Shown piece by piece: positions 1 through 8,600 of a stretch of DNA of 33,504 nucleotides. The first letter of the stretch is position 1; every line of letters begins with the position of its first letter. The notes under the pieces are model-generated. The model was not told where the DNA came from. It saw only the letters and a list, made by a program, of their open reading frames with translations, and searched no databases. The stretch lies in IMG/VR virus record IMGVR_UViG_3300017909_003989, positions 1 to 33,504 of that record; one strand, given 5' to 3'. The stretch comes from a virus (lineage: Duplodnaviria; Caudoviricetes). The position numbers and the translations under genes are program-made.

Positions 1-1185
1 TCCACCAGAATCACTCTTTCCCTCTTTTCTCTGCCATGCTGGAGATCCTTCTTCAAGTTCAGTCTCCTCAGTATGTAGGAATTGCTCTCCTGGTTTAATT
101 TCCGAGATTTTATATGACTGAACTCTTGATCCAGGATATACTTTATCGAGTTGATCCTGAACCTCTGAACGACTTGGTTGTGCAACAGACGGGAAGAACA
201 TTTTTATAACATACATTCTCCCTCTCCAAGAAAGGAATACCTGGATAATATTTCCCGTTTTCGCTGGAATACGAGTTGCCTCAACCATTGCTTCGATATC
301 ATATGTTTCAGCACATATGCATGGATTTTGACCACATCTAGGGCATTTTGTTGCCTCCATCTTTGTTTCGTTCTGGACTATATCATCAATAACCGCAAAG
401 GTTTTTCCATAAGCATCCGTAAGTTCTATCTCCTCTTTCTTGGTTTTTGTCTTCTTCACGCAGTTTGGATATCTCTTTCCAAACATAGTCTTCATACCTT
501 TTTGCTCATATCCAGGCCAGCACTTTTCGTTCAGTTCAGATCTCCAGTCAGAAAACTCTTCTTTTTTAGTTTTATTGCCCCAGTTTTTTGCACCTTTTTT
601 GCGACACTTAACTAAAGCACCTGATGCATATGCAGAAGGCCATACAGAGTAACGAGACTTGACCTTATGGTAACAAGCGTCCTTTTCTCCTTCATTGACT
701 TGAGTTTCTTCAGTGTTCACGTTAATTGCCTTCCCCCTTCTATTTGGATTTGGATCTTCACGATTCTTGCGTCTAAATGCTGCAGTCTCTTCCTTATCAG
801 AGAGTGCCGCTTTCATTTTTGAAGAACCACACTTTGGTTTTGTGGTTTGTCCTGGTTGCTTTGCACAGGGTTTTCCTGCATATTTACCACCGAGTTGAAC
901 CCAACCAGGCTTCCCATCAGAAGAGCGACTCTTGCTAAACCAGTCACGCAAAGAATTATCACCACTTTTGTTCCCTTCGAGGACTGCATCTGAGAAATTG
1001 GAGACATGACTTTCGCCCACACCCCCTTCACCCCCATCTCCTGAGGTGATTCCTGAGTCTTCTGCGGCCTTTTTAATCTCATCATCATTTGCATCATCAA
1101 CAGAATACTTGTCCCACATTTTAGGACCATAACCGCACTGATTTCTTTCTTCTTTCTTTTTACAAAGACGACAGTATTTCTTCAT
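1..1185 (-). CDS. Modular hypothetical protein downstream of gp16 (3' end beyond window, >395 aa); possible head-internal protein
   Basis: Hand translation from ATG at 1185 is open to base 1: MKKYCRLCKKK...GNKSGDNSLRDWFSKS...GWVQLGGKYAGKPCAKQPGQTTKPKCGSSK...GEKDACYHKVKSRYSVWPSAYASGALVKCRKKGAKNWG...KCWPGYEQKGMKTMFGKRYPNCVKK...CPRCGQNPCIC...GSPAWQRKEGKSDSGG. Absent from the ORF track, presumably because it has no stop in the window. Preceded by a late promoter box. Confidence 0.85.
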   Translation of the reverse strand, partial: MKKYCRLCKKKEERNQCGYGPKMWDKYSVDDANDDEIKKAAEDSGITSGDGGEGGVGESHVSNFSDAVLEGNKSGDNSLRDWFSKSRSSDGKPGWVQLGGKYAGKPCAKQPGQTTKPKCGSSKMKAALSDKEETAAFRRKNREDPNPNRRGKAINVNTEETQVNEGEKDACYHKVKSRYSVWPSAYASGALVKCRKKGAKNWGNKTKKEEFSDWRSELNEKCWPGYEQKGMKTMFGKRYPNCVKKTKTKKEEIELTDAYGKTFAVIDDIVQNETKMEATKCPRCGQNPCICAETYDIEAMVEATRIPAKTGNIIQVFLSWRGRMYVIKMFFPSVAQPSRSEVQDQLDKVYPGSRVQSYKISEIKPGEQFLHTEETELEEGSPAWQRKEGKSDSGG

Positions 1186-1207
1186 TTATGCGAGAAATCA
1201 TTACTTA

Positions 1208-1218
1208 TATTTATTTAT
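1208..1218 (-). promoter_or_regulatory. T4-type late promoter (two overlapping ATAAATA boxes)
   Basis: Minus strand reads GATAAATAAATA across the gp16 stop, about 25 nt upstream of the ATG at 1185; resembles the gp55-dependent TATAAATA box. Confidence 0.7.
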
Positions 1219-1627
1219 CATTTTTTTTTAACCCGTCCTTTAATATTTTTGCAAGTTCTGCGGTTGATCCTACAAATAATGCATTATTAACTGTTGATGG
1301 ACCTTTTTGTTTTTCTTCAGTATTAACTTCCTTTAACTTCTTCTGAAGATCCAGTAGTTTATCTGTGGCATCAGATATGCTCTTGATTAGTTGTCCAGTA
1401 ACTTCATATGCTCTTGGAGAATCTGTCTCCTGTGCTAACTCAAGAGCACCATTAAGTGCTTCTTGACCCTTTTCAATCAAAGAATATAAATTGCCGCGAG
1501 TGTATTCATAATCTTTTTGAATGTCCTCATCAGATAATTTTTTTGGATCAACTTTTTTTATTTCCTTAGATATTACCTCACCATCAACATCAAATGTCTC
1601 ATTTAATTTGTTAAATTTATCTACCAT
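1211..1627 (-). CDS. gp16: Terminase small subunit
   Basis: 138 aa with DYEYTRGNLYSLIEKGQEA...PRAYEV...LLDLQKK...NNALFVGSTAEL, typical of T4-like gp16; directly follows gp15. Confidence 0.92.
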   Translation of the reverse strand: MVDKFNKLNETFDVDGEVISKEIKKVDPKKLSDEDIQKDYEYTRGNLYSLIEKGQEALNGALELAQETDSPRAYEVTGQLIKSISDATDKLLDLQKKLKEVNTEEKQKGPSTVNNALFVGSTAELAKILKDGLKKNDK

Positions 1628-2628
1628 CAGAATAAGTCACCATCAAATCCAAAGTCATCTCCACTTTCAATCAATGCATTATCTTCTTTAGTGATAAGTT
1701 TGATTGGTGCCCCTTTGAGGTGTGAAGTTATGGTTGTCTTATCTTGACCACGATCTACAGTAATCTTATTGCCACTGATTGATCGGATATATAACTCCTC
1801 TCCTTCAAGATCTACATATGACTTTGCAGTTAATCCGCTAACATCATCCACAGCAATAACTGTTAGTGTCGTATCAATGTTATCGGAAATATTTGTGGCA
1901 ATATCTCCATTATAATCTCTGATGGCTCTTGGAGAAACTGAATATGTAACATCTCTCGCAGCACTTGATGAATCTCTTCCAGCAATATAATTGACAGTTG
2001 CCTTCTTGATAATATCTTTGGATGCTGAGGTAACTGGACCAAACAGGTAAGTCTTTGCGGTAAATCTTAGTGTATATAATAAAACTCTTCTAGATGTAAA
2101 ATCACCGTCGTAATCGTCCTGCATAGTAATATTTTCTAGAACGATTGGAATATCTTTCTTCTCTTTAATCTGCTCAACTAATTCTATTGTAAGATTATAT
2201 GCTGGTTGAAAGTATGGTAAAATCTGCTCAACAATCTGCAGCATATCATCATTTAACTTAGTCATAATACTCAGTTCAAATTGCATATTATATGGAACTG
2301 GCATATAAGTTTTTTTGACTCCCGTGCTATCATCTGGATCTTTAACGACAAACTGTTGAGTTGTTGTAATTTTTCTAGCGGGATCATATGTGAGTCCAGT
2401 AAACTCAAACGACATTCTCGGAAGAGTAATTGCAGTTGATTTATTTAAATCTGGAGACTGGTCAATTCTTGCAAGAAACTTTTGAGTGGGTCCATATGCT
2501 AGAGGTACTTTTATAACGTTTGTTACACTGTCCGCACCATCAAAGTGCTTGATCGTCACGTTATTGAACAGAGTTCCAAAAGCAATAATCGTTTTTCTTA
2601 ATATTTCGTTGTAAAAATACTCAAACAT
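1627..2628 (-). CDS. gp15: Tail sheath stabilizer / tail terminator protein
   Basis: FYNEILRKTIIAFGTLFN, VPLAYGP, LPRMSF, QIVEQILPYFQP motifs; position after gp14. Confidence 0.93.
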   Translation of the reverse strand: MFEYFYNEILRKTIIAFGTLFNNVTIKHFDGADSVTNVIKVPLAYGPTQKFLARIDQSPDLNKSTAITLPRMSFEFTGLTYDPARKITTTQQFVVKDPDDSTGVKKTYMPVPYNMQFELSIMTKLNDDMLQIVEQILPYFQPAYNLTIELVEQIKEKKDIPIVLENITMQDDYDGDFTSRRVLLYTLRFTAKTYLFGPVTSASKDIIKKATVNYIAGRDSSSAARDVTYSVSPRAIRDYNGDIATNISDNIDTTLTVIAVDDVSGLTAKSYVDLEGEELYIRSISGNKITVDRGQDKTTITSHLKGAPIKLITKEDNALIESGDDFGFDGDLF

Positions 2629-2648
2629 GACTAATTTAGATTATATTT

Positions 2649-2656
2649 TATTTATG
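2649..2656 (-). promoter_or_regulatory. T4-type late promoter
   Basis: CATAAATA on the minus strand overlapping the gp14 stop, 20 nt upstream of the gp15 ATG. Confidence 0.65.
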
Positions 2657-4073
2657 GTGTGCCGAATGGATTTTGTTCAGAGAAGTCGAGTATCTCATCC
2701 GCTTCTACTTCAATATTGAAGTTATCAGCATATCCATCGTCAGTTGGTTCTGTATCTATAAAGATTATTTTATGTTCTGCTCCTGATCTAGATCCAATAA
2801 GAATTTCGCCGACAAGGAAAGTTCCACTAATATTTGATAGGTCAAGAACATTGGTGTAGTTCCATTTTCTCACTCTTGCTGTTGTCCCACTAATAGAGCC
2901 AGTCACAATTTCATTAAACAAGAAACTTCCAGTAGCACCCATATATGGGTCTGAAATTGTAATAGTAGGTGCTTGAGTATATCCAAGACCTGCATTAGTA
3001 ATATTGATAGCAATAATATCTCCATCATCCCCAATGACCGCAGTTGCAGCTGCAGATACTATAGAATCTCCAGTAAATGTAATCATTGGTGAAACCACAT
3101 AACCAGATCCAGCATTTGTGACAGTAATAACTCCAACAACACCATTACCTATTGATGAAATTCCAGTAGCATCTTTACCTCCACCACCAATAAATCTGAT
3201 TTCGGGAGCAACAGTATACCCTGCTCCAGGATTGACAAGATCTACTGCCTGAACAGATCTTAAACTGTTATTCGTATTCAGATTACATACTCTAAATCCA
3301 CTAATCATTCTTGTTGTGGCAATACCAGTAATTCCTCCTACTGGAGCAGATGAGAATCCAACAGTTGGATGTTCAGAATATCCACCTCCACGATTTGTGA
3401 TACTTACAAACTGAATTCCACCATCCACAATACTCGTAATTGCGCTTGCAGTGACACCAACACCAGAAACAGCAATTGTTTGTGTTGGACCAAGCATAGT
3501 GGAATTTCCATCATCATCATAACCATCAGATTCATTACCCAATAAATTGTCATCAATTTCCATGACTCCAGTATCAATAACTTCATCTTCGTAGCGAAAG
3601 AGTTCACACCTCAACTCATAAACATAGTTCTTTTGAAGTTGATAGAATGGTTTTTCGTGCTCCACATATTTAATTTCATATAAACGATCTCCTAAAGGAA
3701 GATATACTAAATCACCTTCCTTTGGTCTACTGGATAATTTTATATCTGGTTTATCTTTAATAAGTGGTTCGATATAATTTTCCCATCTCTCTTTAGAAAT
3801 GACGAGAGTTATTTCTTGTGTTTGTTCAATACCAAATTTTGAGAGTAGTACTGGATTGTCTGCATAACCATCATAGTTCTGAATATATGCCTCGATGGGA
3901 TATGCAGATTCAAATGAAGATTCAACGACTTCACGAATAATACTGTTTTCATGAAGAAATGATCTAGGCATATAATGAACTTCCACACCATACATTCTTA
4001 ACTGTTCATTAATTAAGTCCTGTATGAGATTTTGCTCTCCAGCAGTTCCCTGTATGAAAAATGGATTTAACAT
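2652..4073 (-). CDS. gp14: Neck protein (head closure) with inserted Gly-rich beta repeats
   Basis: EQNLIQDLINEQLRMYG, SKFG, RPKEGDLVYLP, EHEKPFYQL, C-terminal DFSEQNPFG; internal (N/T)xGxGY repeats. Confidence 0.92.
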   Translation of the reverse strand: MLNPFFIQGTAGEQNLIQDLINEQLRMYGVEVHYMPRSFLHENSIIREVVESSFESAYPIEAYIQNYDGYADNPVLLSKFGIEQTQEITLVISKERWENYIEPLIKDKPDIKLSSRPKEGDLVYLPLGDRLYEIKYVEHEKPFYQLQKNYVYELRCELFRYEDEVIDTGVMEIDDNLLGNESDGYDDDGNSTMLGPTQTIAVSGVGVTASAITSIVDGGIQFVSITNRGGGYSEHPTVGFSSAPVGGITGIATTRMISGFRVCNLNTNNSLRSVQAVDLVNPGAGYTVAPEIRFIGGGGKDATGISSIGNGVVGVITVTNAGSGYVVSPMITFTGDSIVSAAATAVIGDDGDIIAINITNAGLGYTQAPTITISDPYMGATGSFLFNEIVTGSISGTTARVRKWNYTNVLDLSNISGTFLVGEILIGSRSGAEHKIIFIDTEPTDDGYADNFNIEVEADEILDFSEQNPFGTP

Positions 4074-4075
4074 AA

Positions 4076-4921
4076 TTATCCAATCATATCCATTGGTGGA
4101 AGTTCATATGTGTTGGACATAACCTCTCTTATATTCTCCAACTCTTTCTCGGCATCATCATATATCTGCCTACCATTCAATTCAACTCCGCCCGGAAGTT
4201 TAACTCCCTGAAACTTAATTAAATTCTGTCCCCATTGACGCTTGATTAATGCTGTCAGATATCTTTTTAAGAAAGAATCATTCCAAACTCCTGCATAAGT
4301 ATTTGGATCTAATAATCTATAACAATCTATTACCATGTATTCACCCACTCTTACATTGCCCCAATCAATGTCCAAATAGAGTCTATCCTGCCTTTGATTA
4401 AATCTAATTTGTTTTTCTGTCGTCAAAAGAAATTGCAAATCCTCCAAGTATCTTCTTGTCATTGCATATGTAAGAATCTCCATAGATCCCCAATAATAAA
4501 TGTCATTTAAGAACATTTGATACTTCAAACTAAACATATTGTTAGTTGTTGCATTAGCCCCATCAAAATGATATATCTTATTTACACCAATCACAGAAGG
4601 GGGTATTTGTAGATAATTACTATTTTCTTCGTAGGTAAATGTTGTGGCAGTTCCGACAATTGTAGTTGTTTCTGTAGTTGTCACAATTCCAACTTTTTCA
4701 TTATCTCCTCTTGCTCTACCTCTATCAATATCATCCTGAGTTATCTTATATTTTAGATATGTTTGAATCACACCGTCAAAATGTCTCTCATGGAAAAACT
4801 GCAAGGCATCATCAACTAGGTCATCAATTTGCTCATCAGCAACGTTGACTTCCAATACAGGAGCTCCTAATTGTCTCTTACAATAATTTACCAATTCTGA
4901 TCTATTTGATGGTTGTGCCAT
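4076..4921 (-). CDS. gp13: Neck protein (head-tail adaptor)
   Basis: YCKRQLGAPVLEVNVADEQIDD, LIKRQWGQNLIKFQGVKLPGGVELNG motifs. Confidence 0.93.
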   Translation of the reverse strand: MAQPSNRSELVNYCKRQLGAPVLEVNVADEQIDDLVDDALQFFHERHFDGVIQTYLKYKITQDDIDRGRARGDNEKVGIVTTTETTTIVGTATTFTYEENSNYLQIPPSVIGVNKIYHFDGANATTNNMFSLKYQMFLNDIYYWGSMEILTYAMTRRYLEDLQFLLTTEKQIRFNQRQDRLYLDIDWGNVRVGEYMVIDCYRLLDPNTYAGVWNDSFLKRYLTALIKRQWGQNLIKFQGVKLPGGVELNGRQIYDDAEKELENIREVMSNTYELPPMDMIG

Positions 4922-4945
4922 GTATTTAACTAGACCTATTAGGAG

Positions 4946-4953
4946 TATTTATC
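4946..4953 (-). promoter_or_regulatory. T4-type late promoter
   Basis: GATAAATA on the minus strand, 24 nt upstream of the gp13 ATG. Confidence 0.7.
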
Positions 4954-4958
4954 ATCAT

Positions 4959-5219
4959 TCAGATATCGCACTCCCCATATATACCAGTCTCATGGTATTT
5001 TATAGTTCTATACATTTCTTGTCTAGAATCTTCCTGATGATATACTGACCAACACCAAGAAAGAGCCATTTTCCTTAATTCCTCTATATCGCCACAGTTT
5101 TCAATGTGAGGTATAAGTAGTTTAAATTGTGGATGTCGAGGTGGATTTTCTAAACACTTTTCTTTCAACTCTTCAAAATTTAACATATTTCCATTTAGTA
5201 TCAGTTCATCGTATTCCAA
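4959..5219 (-). CDS. Hypothetical protein (86 aa from TTG; alternative ATG at 5186), apparent paralogue of the upstream 54-aa ORF
   Basis: Fills the gap before gp13; HIENCGDIEELRKMALSW..VYHQED aligns by eye with KIDECSSIDDLKDMAKCF..YFKQQE. Confidence 0.7.
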   Translation of the reverse strand: MEYDELILNGNMLNFEELKEKCLENPPRHPQFKLLIPHIENCGDIEELRKMALSWCWSVYHQEDSRQEMYRTIKYHETGIYGECDI

Positions 5220-5225
5220 TTTTTT

Positions 5226-5390
5226 TTAAATTCTTGCAATAGTTTCTTGTTGCTTAAAGTATAATTTTGCAAAACATTTAGCCATGTCCTTCAAATCATC
5301 AATACTTGAGCATTCATCAATCTTGTTGGCAATTTTTGTATATTCAAAACTTTTTGAAAGATTTGAAAGGGTAATTTCTTCTGGATTCAT
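5226..5390 (-). CDS. Small helical protein (54 aa), possibly NblA-like (phycobilisome degradation adaptor)
   Basis: Hand translation MNPEEITLSNLSKSFEYTKIANKIDECSSIDDLKDMAKCFAKLYFKQQETIARI; its ATG overlaps the upstream TGA (ATGA coupling). The ORF is well supported; the NblA call is inference from size and two-helix pattern. Confidence 0.7.
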   Translation of the reverse strand: MNPEEITLSNLSKSFEYTKIANKIDECSSIDDLKDMAKCFAKLYFKQQETIARI

Positions 5391-5608
5391 TTTCTTAACA
5401 ACTCCTTAAGTAATGATTTAATTTCTTGAATTTCATCTTTCATTCTACCGAGATCTTCTTCAATAGTTTGTACTTTTTGATTCTTTTTTGATTTTATATC
5501 CCTTCTAGAGAGATATTGCTCATACTCGGAAGAATTTACATTTATGATTGAGTTTGTTTCGGGATCTCTTGCAAGATCCCCATTTCCTTCCACTTTGTAT
5601 TGATTCAT
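5387..5608 (-). CDS. Hypothetical protein with C-terminal coiled coil
   Basis: 73 aa, KVEG..DLARDPETNSIIN then heptad-like IEEDLGRMKDEIQEIKSLLKELL; starts 1 nt after the VrlC-like stop. Confidence 0.8.
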   Translation of the reverse strand: MNQYKVEGNGDLARDPETNSIINVNSSEYEQYLSRRDIKSKKNQKVQTIEEDLGRMKDEIQEIKSLLKELLRK

Positions 5609-5609
5609 A

Positions 5610-8600
5610 TTATGCTAAAGCAATGACTCTAAGATCTTTAATTCTCGGAACATAAACCTGATCAGTTGATGTCATAACAAGTTTAATCTTGTATGATCTA
5701 AATGATGGTAACTGATCTGCAGTGAATGTATATTCTTTATAATCTAAAGTTTCTCCATCAAAACCTTTAGAGTTTGTTTTTGGAATGAATACATCAGATT
5801 CGCCATTGTTATCCTCAGCAGAAATAATCTGACCCCTAGAATCTATATTATTAAATCCTGGGAAAGGTTCAAAAATTGGATTGAATCCTTGAGTATCACT
5901 TATAGCATAGAATGCTCTAATATCATTGTTCTCATTGATATGTGCATTTACTAATATCTTAAGCGAAGATGCTGGATTTTTCAATATGATCTCTTTCGAG
6001 ATGTACTGACATGCTGTAGGATCTGTGTCGATGCCATTAACTCTACTATCAGTTGCATAATCTGAAATAACATCGTTAACTCTGTTTGATGTCAGAATTG
6101 CACTAACTCTCTGAGCATCAATTACGGGGCTGATTCTGCTGTCTGTGGTATTTAAGAAAAGTCTTAAATTCATTGATTTATTTCCAGGAGAATTATTAAG
6201 ATGTAGATTCTCGTTCACCTTCGATCCAATTAGTCTAGGAGACTCTAAGTAATTGGATTCGTTCAATGTAACTGGTTCAAATCCAGCATCGACGAATGGT
6301 ATTTCATTGCCACTTAGGGATTTACTGGTTGTTGTTCTAACCTGTCCGGTCAGATTTGTTCCATGCACCGTGACATTTTGAACCATTGGTGTAATAATTT
6401 CAAAAGGTATGTTCTGAGATGCTCTGGTGTTGTATCCACCAACAGATTTTGTTTGATTGGCATACAGTTTTGCATATCCAATATCATCACTCCTATCATC
6501 ATTGCTTGGATTGAATATCTCTGCAGTGTCAAGTCTGATATGATATGAATCAAATGCAATTGGATTATCTAATGTAACATTAGATAAATCATGAGTTCTA
6601 TTGATTCGTGACAGATTGATACCATTCAATTCATACTTATATACTGGAGTTCCTACTGGATATGATTTTGGATTTGATCCTCTTGAAATATTTCCACCAA
6701 GAGTATTTCCAGTTACATCTGTGTATTCAATAATTTCATCACCAATCTTGATAAATCCAGTATTTGTGGTTCCAATACCAACATTTTCAAATGTTGTGAA
6801 ACTCGTTGAATCATCCACAGAGATAGATCCAACCGAATCTACATTATATGCAGAACTCAACTTAGTTGGTTTTACATCAGATTGTGCTCCAGATATACGG
6901 ACAAGATTATCTTCAAAATACATTCCATGATTTTTATGATTAACTTTTACATGAAGACCATCAGAATCGACATTAATAGATGAAATTTGAACATCTCCGC
7001 CATTTTGATTATTCAATTCTGTTAATACTCCAGAACTATTTGTATAGAATACTGGGTTTGATGAACCTATAATAAATTCGCCTTGTACATTATCTAAAAT
7101 TAATTCGCTAGTATCTCCAATTGCAACAATTGAGAATCTAGCATTTCTTCCTATAGAGTTTGAACCTATGGTAGAAACTCCTACAACATCTCCTATTTGA
7201 TATCCAGATCCTCCTGCACCAGAAATTGTGGCAGCAATTGCAACACCATTGTTAATGGTTATATCTGCCAGAGCACCCCTACCACTTCCACTTATAGTTG
7301 TGAGGTTAACTCCACTAAAAGTAAACTGTGATGCTGATGGAGTATATCCAATTCCCGGATTTATAATAGACAGGTTATTAATTGCTGTTCCAGCAACTCC
7401 CACTAAATCTCCAGTAGCATTTGTTCCTGATTGACTAAAAGTGTTTCCATTTTCGTAGGAATCTGCAACTGTAGTGCCGAGTCCTACTCTAATCTTTCTT
7501 GATTTAAATACTAGGGAATCTGGCATAAGAGTTGGAATCTGATCATTACCTTCCTTTAATTCTGGACTATAGAATTCTACCGATCCAGAATCTAAGAAAT
7601 CGGCTCTATAGAGAGTGAACTTTAAGTCTTCCCACTGACTTGCTTCCCATGTTGAAGCATTCTGTGATTTAAACAGCGAACCCAAATATGGTTGATTTGA
7701 GATGAATGTATCAGAGAGAATATCATTCTCACCAATTCTTGAGATATAAACGCTATATTTCGTTGAATTGGAAAGTATACACATGCAATACTCACTATTT
7801 CCACCTTCAAGATATATTGGAGATTTAAATTGGAATGTTGTCGCAATAGATCCATCTGATGATGTTTCAACATCATTTGGATCCAAAACAACTTCGGAAA
7901 GGGGAACAATATTTTGGGATGGATATCCATTCTTCATTGTTCTTATCTGAAGAATTACTGGAATATCCATGTCATCTCTAGACCTAAAGAAAATGTCGCA
8001 TTTTGATAAGAATATGCCAGTATCGTCTTCAACCATGAAAGATTGCGAAAGTGGATCGGTCCATCCAATTACTCTCTCAACAGGACGAGCAGTGTCAATT
8101 ACTCTACTAGTACCTGAAATAACCTCTGTTCCTACAACCCTATCTACAGGTCTCTCATCAAATTCTTGTCTCTGCTCAATTCTTGCATTGCGGATTGAAA
8201 TAATATTCTCCTGAACGGTCTCAAGAACTCCTGATGCAGAATATGGTTCTTCTGCGATAGTTGTTGCTAGGTTCTGATCATTATCTTCGTCATTGACCAA
8301 AGTAAAAACTTGTGTTCCCGTTTCAAATTTTGGATGGTTAATATTGTTTGGATTTGGTATATAGAAACTTCCAATCAATGTTGATGATAAATCGGAAACA
8401 AGTCTTACATTTGTAATCGTTGCTTGTGCCCCACTGGATCTTCCAGTAAGAACCATACCACTTTCAATCCAGCCACGATAATCTCCTTGAACCTCATTTG
8501 ACAAAGAGAATGTATCAACATTCAGGATGTTTGATGTTGATGAATATGTGGCGGGTAATATTCTGTTTGTATATGGATTTTCTGGGAAAATTGTAATTGG

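Noticed and set aside
178-1130. Track ORFs 178-615 (+), 440-652 (+), 713-898 (+) and 813-1130 (-)
   Set aside because: All overlap the longer minus-strand frame 1185 to <1, which has a promoter, an ATG and coherent motifs; they are antisense or alternative-frame shadows
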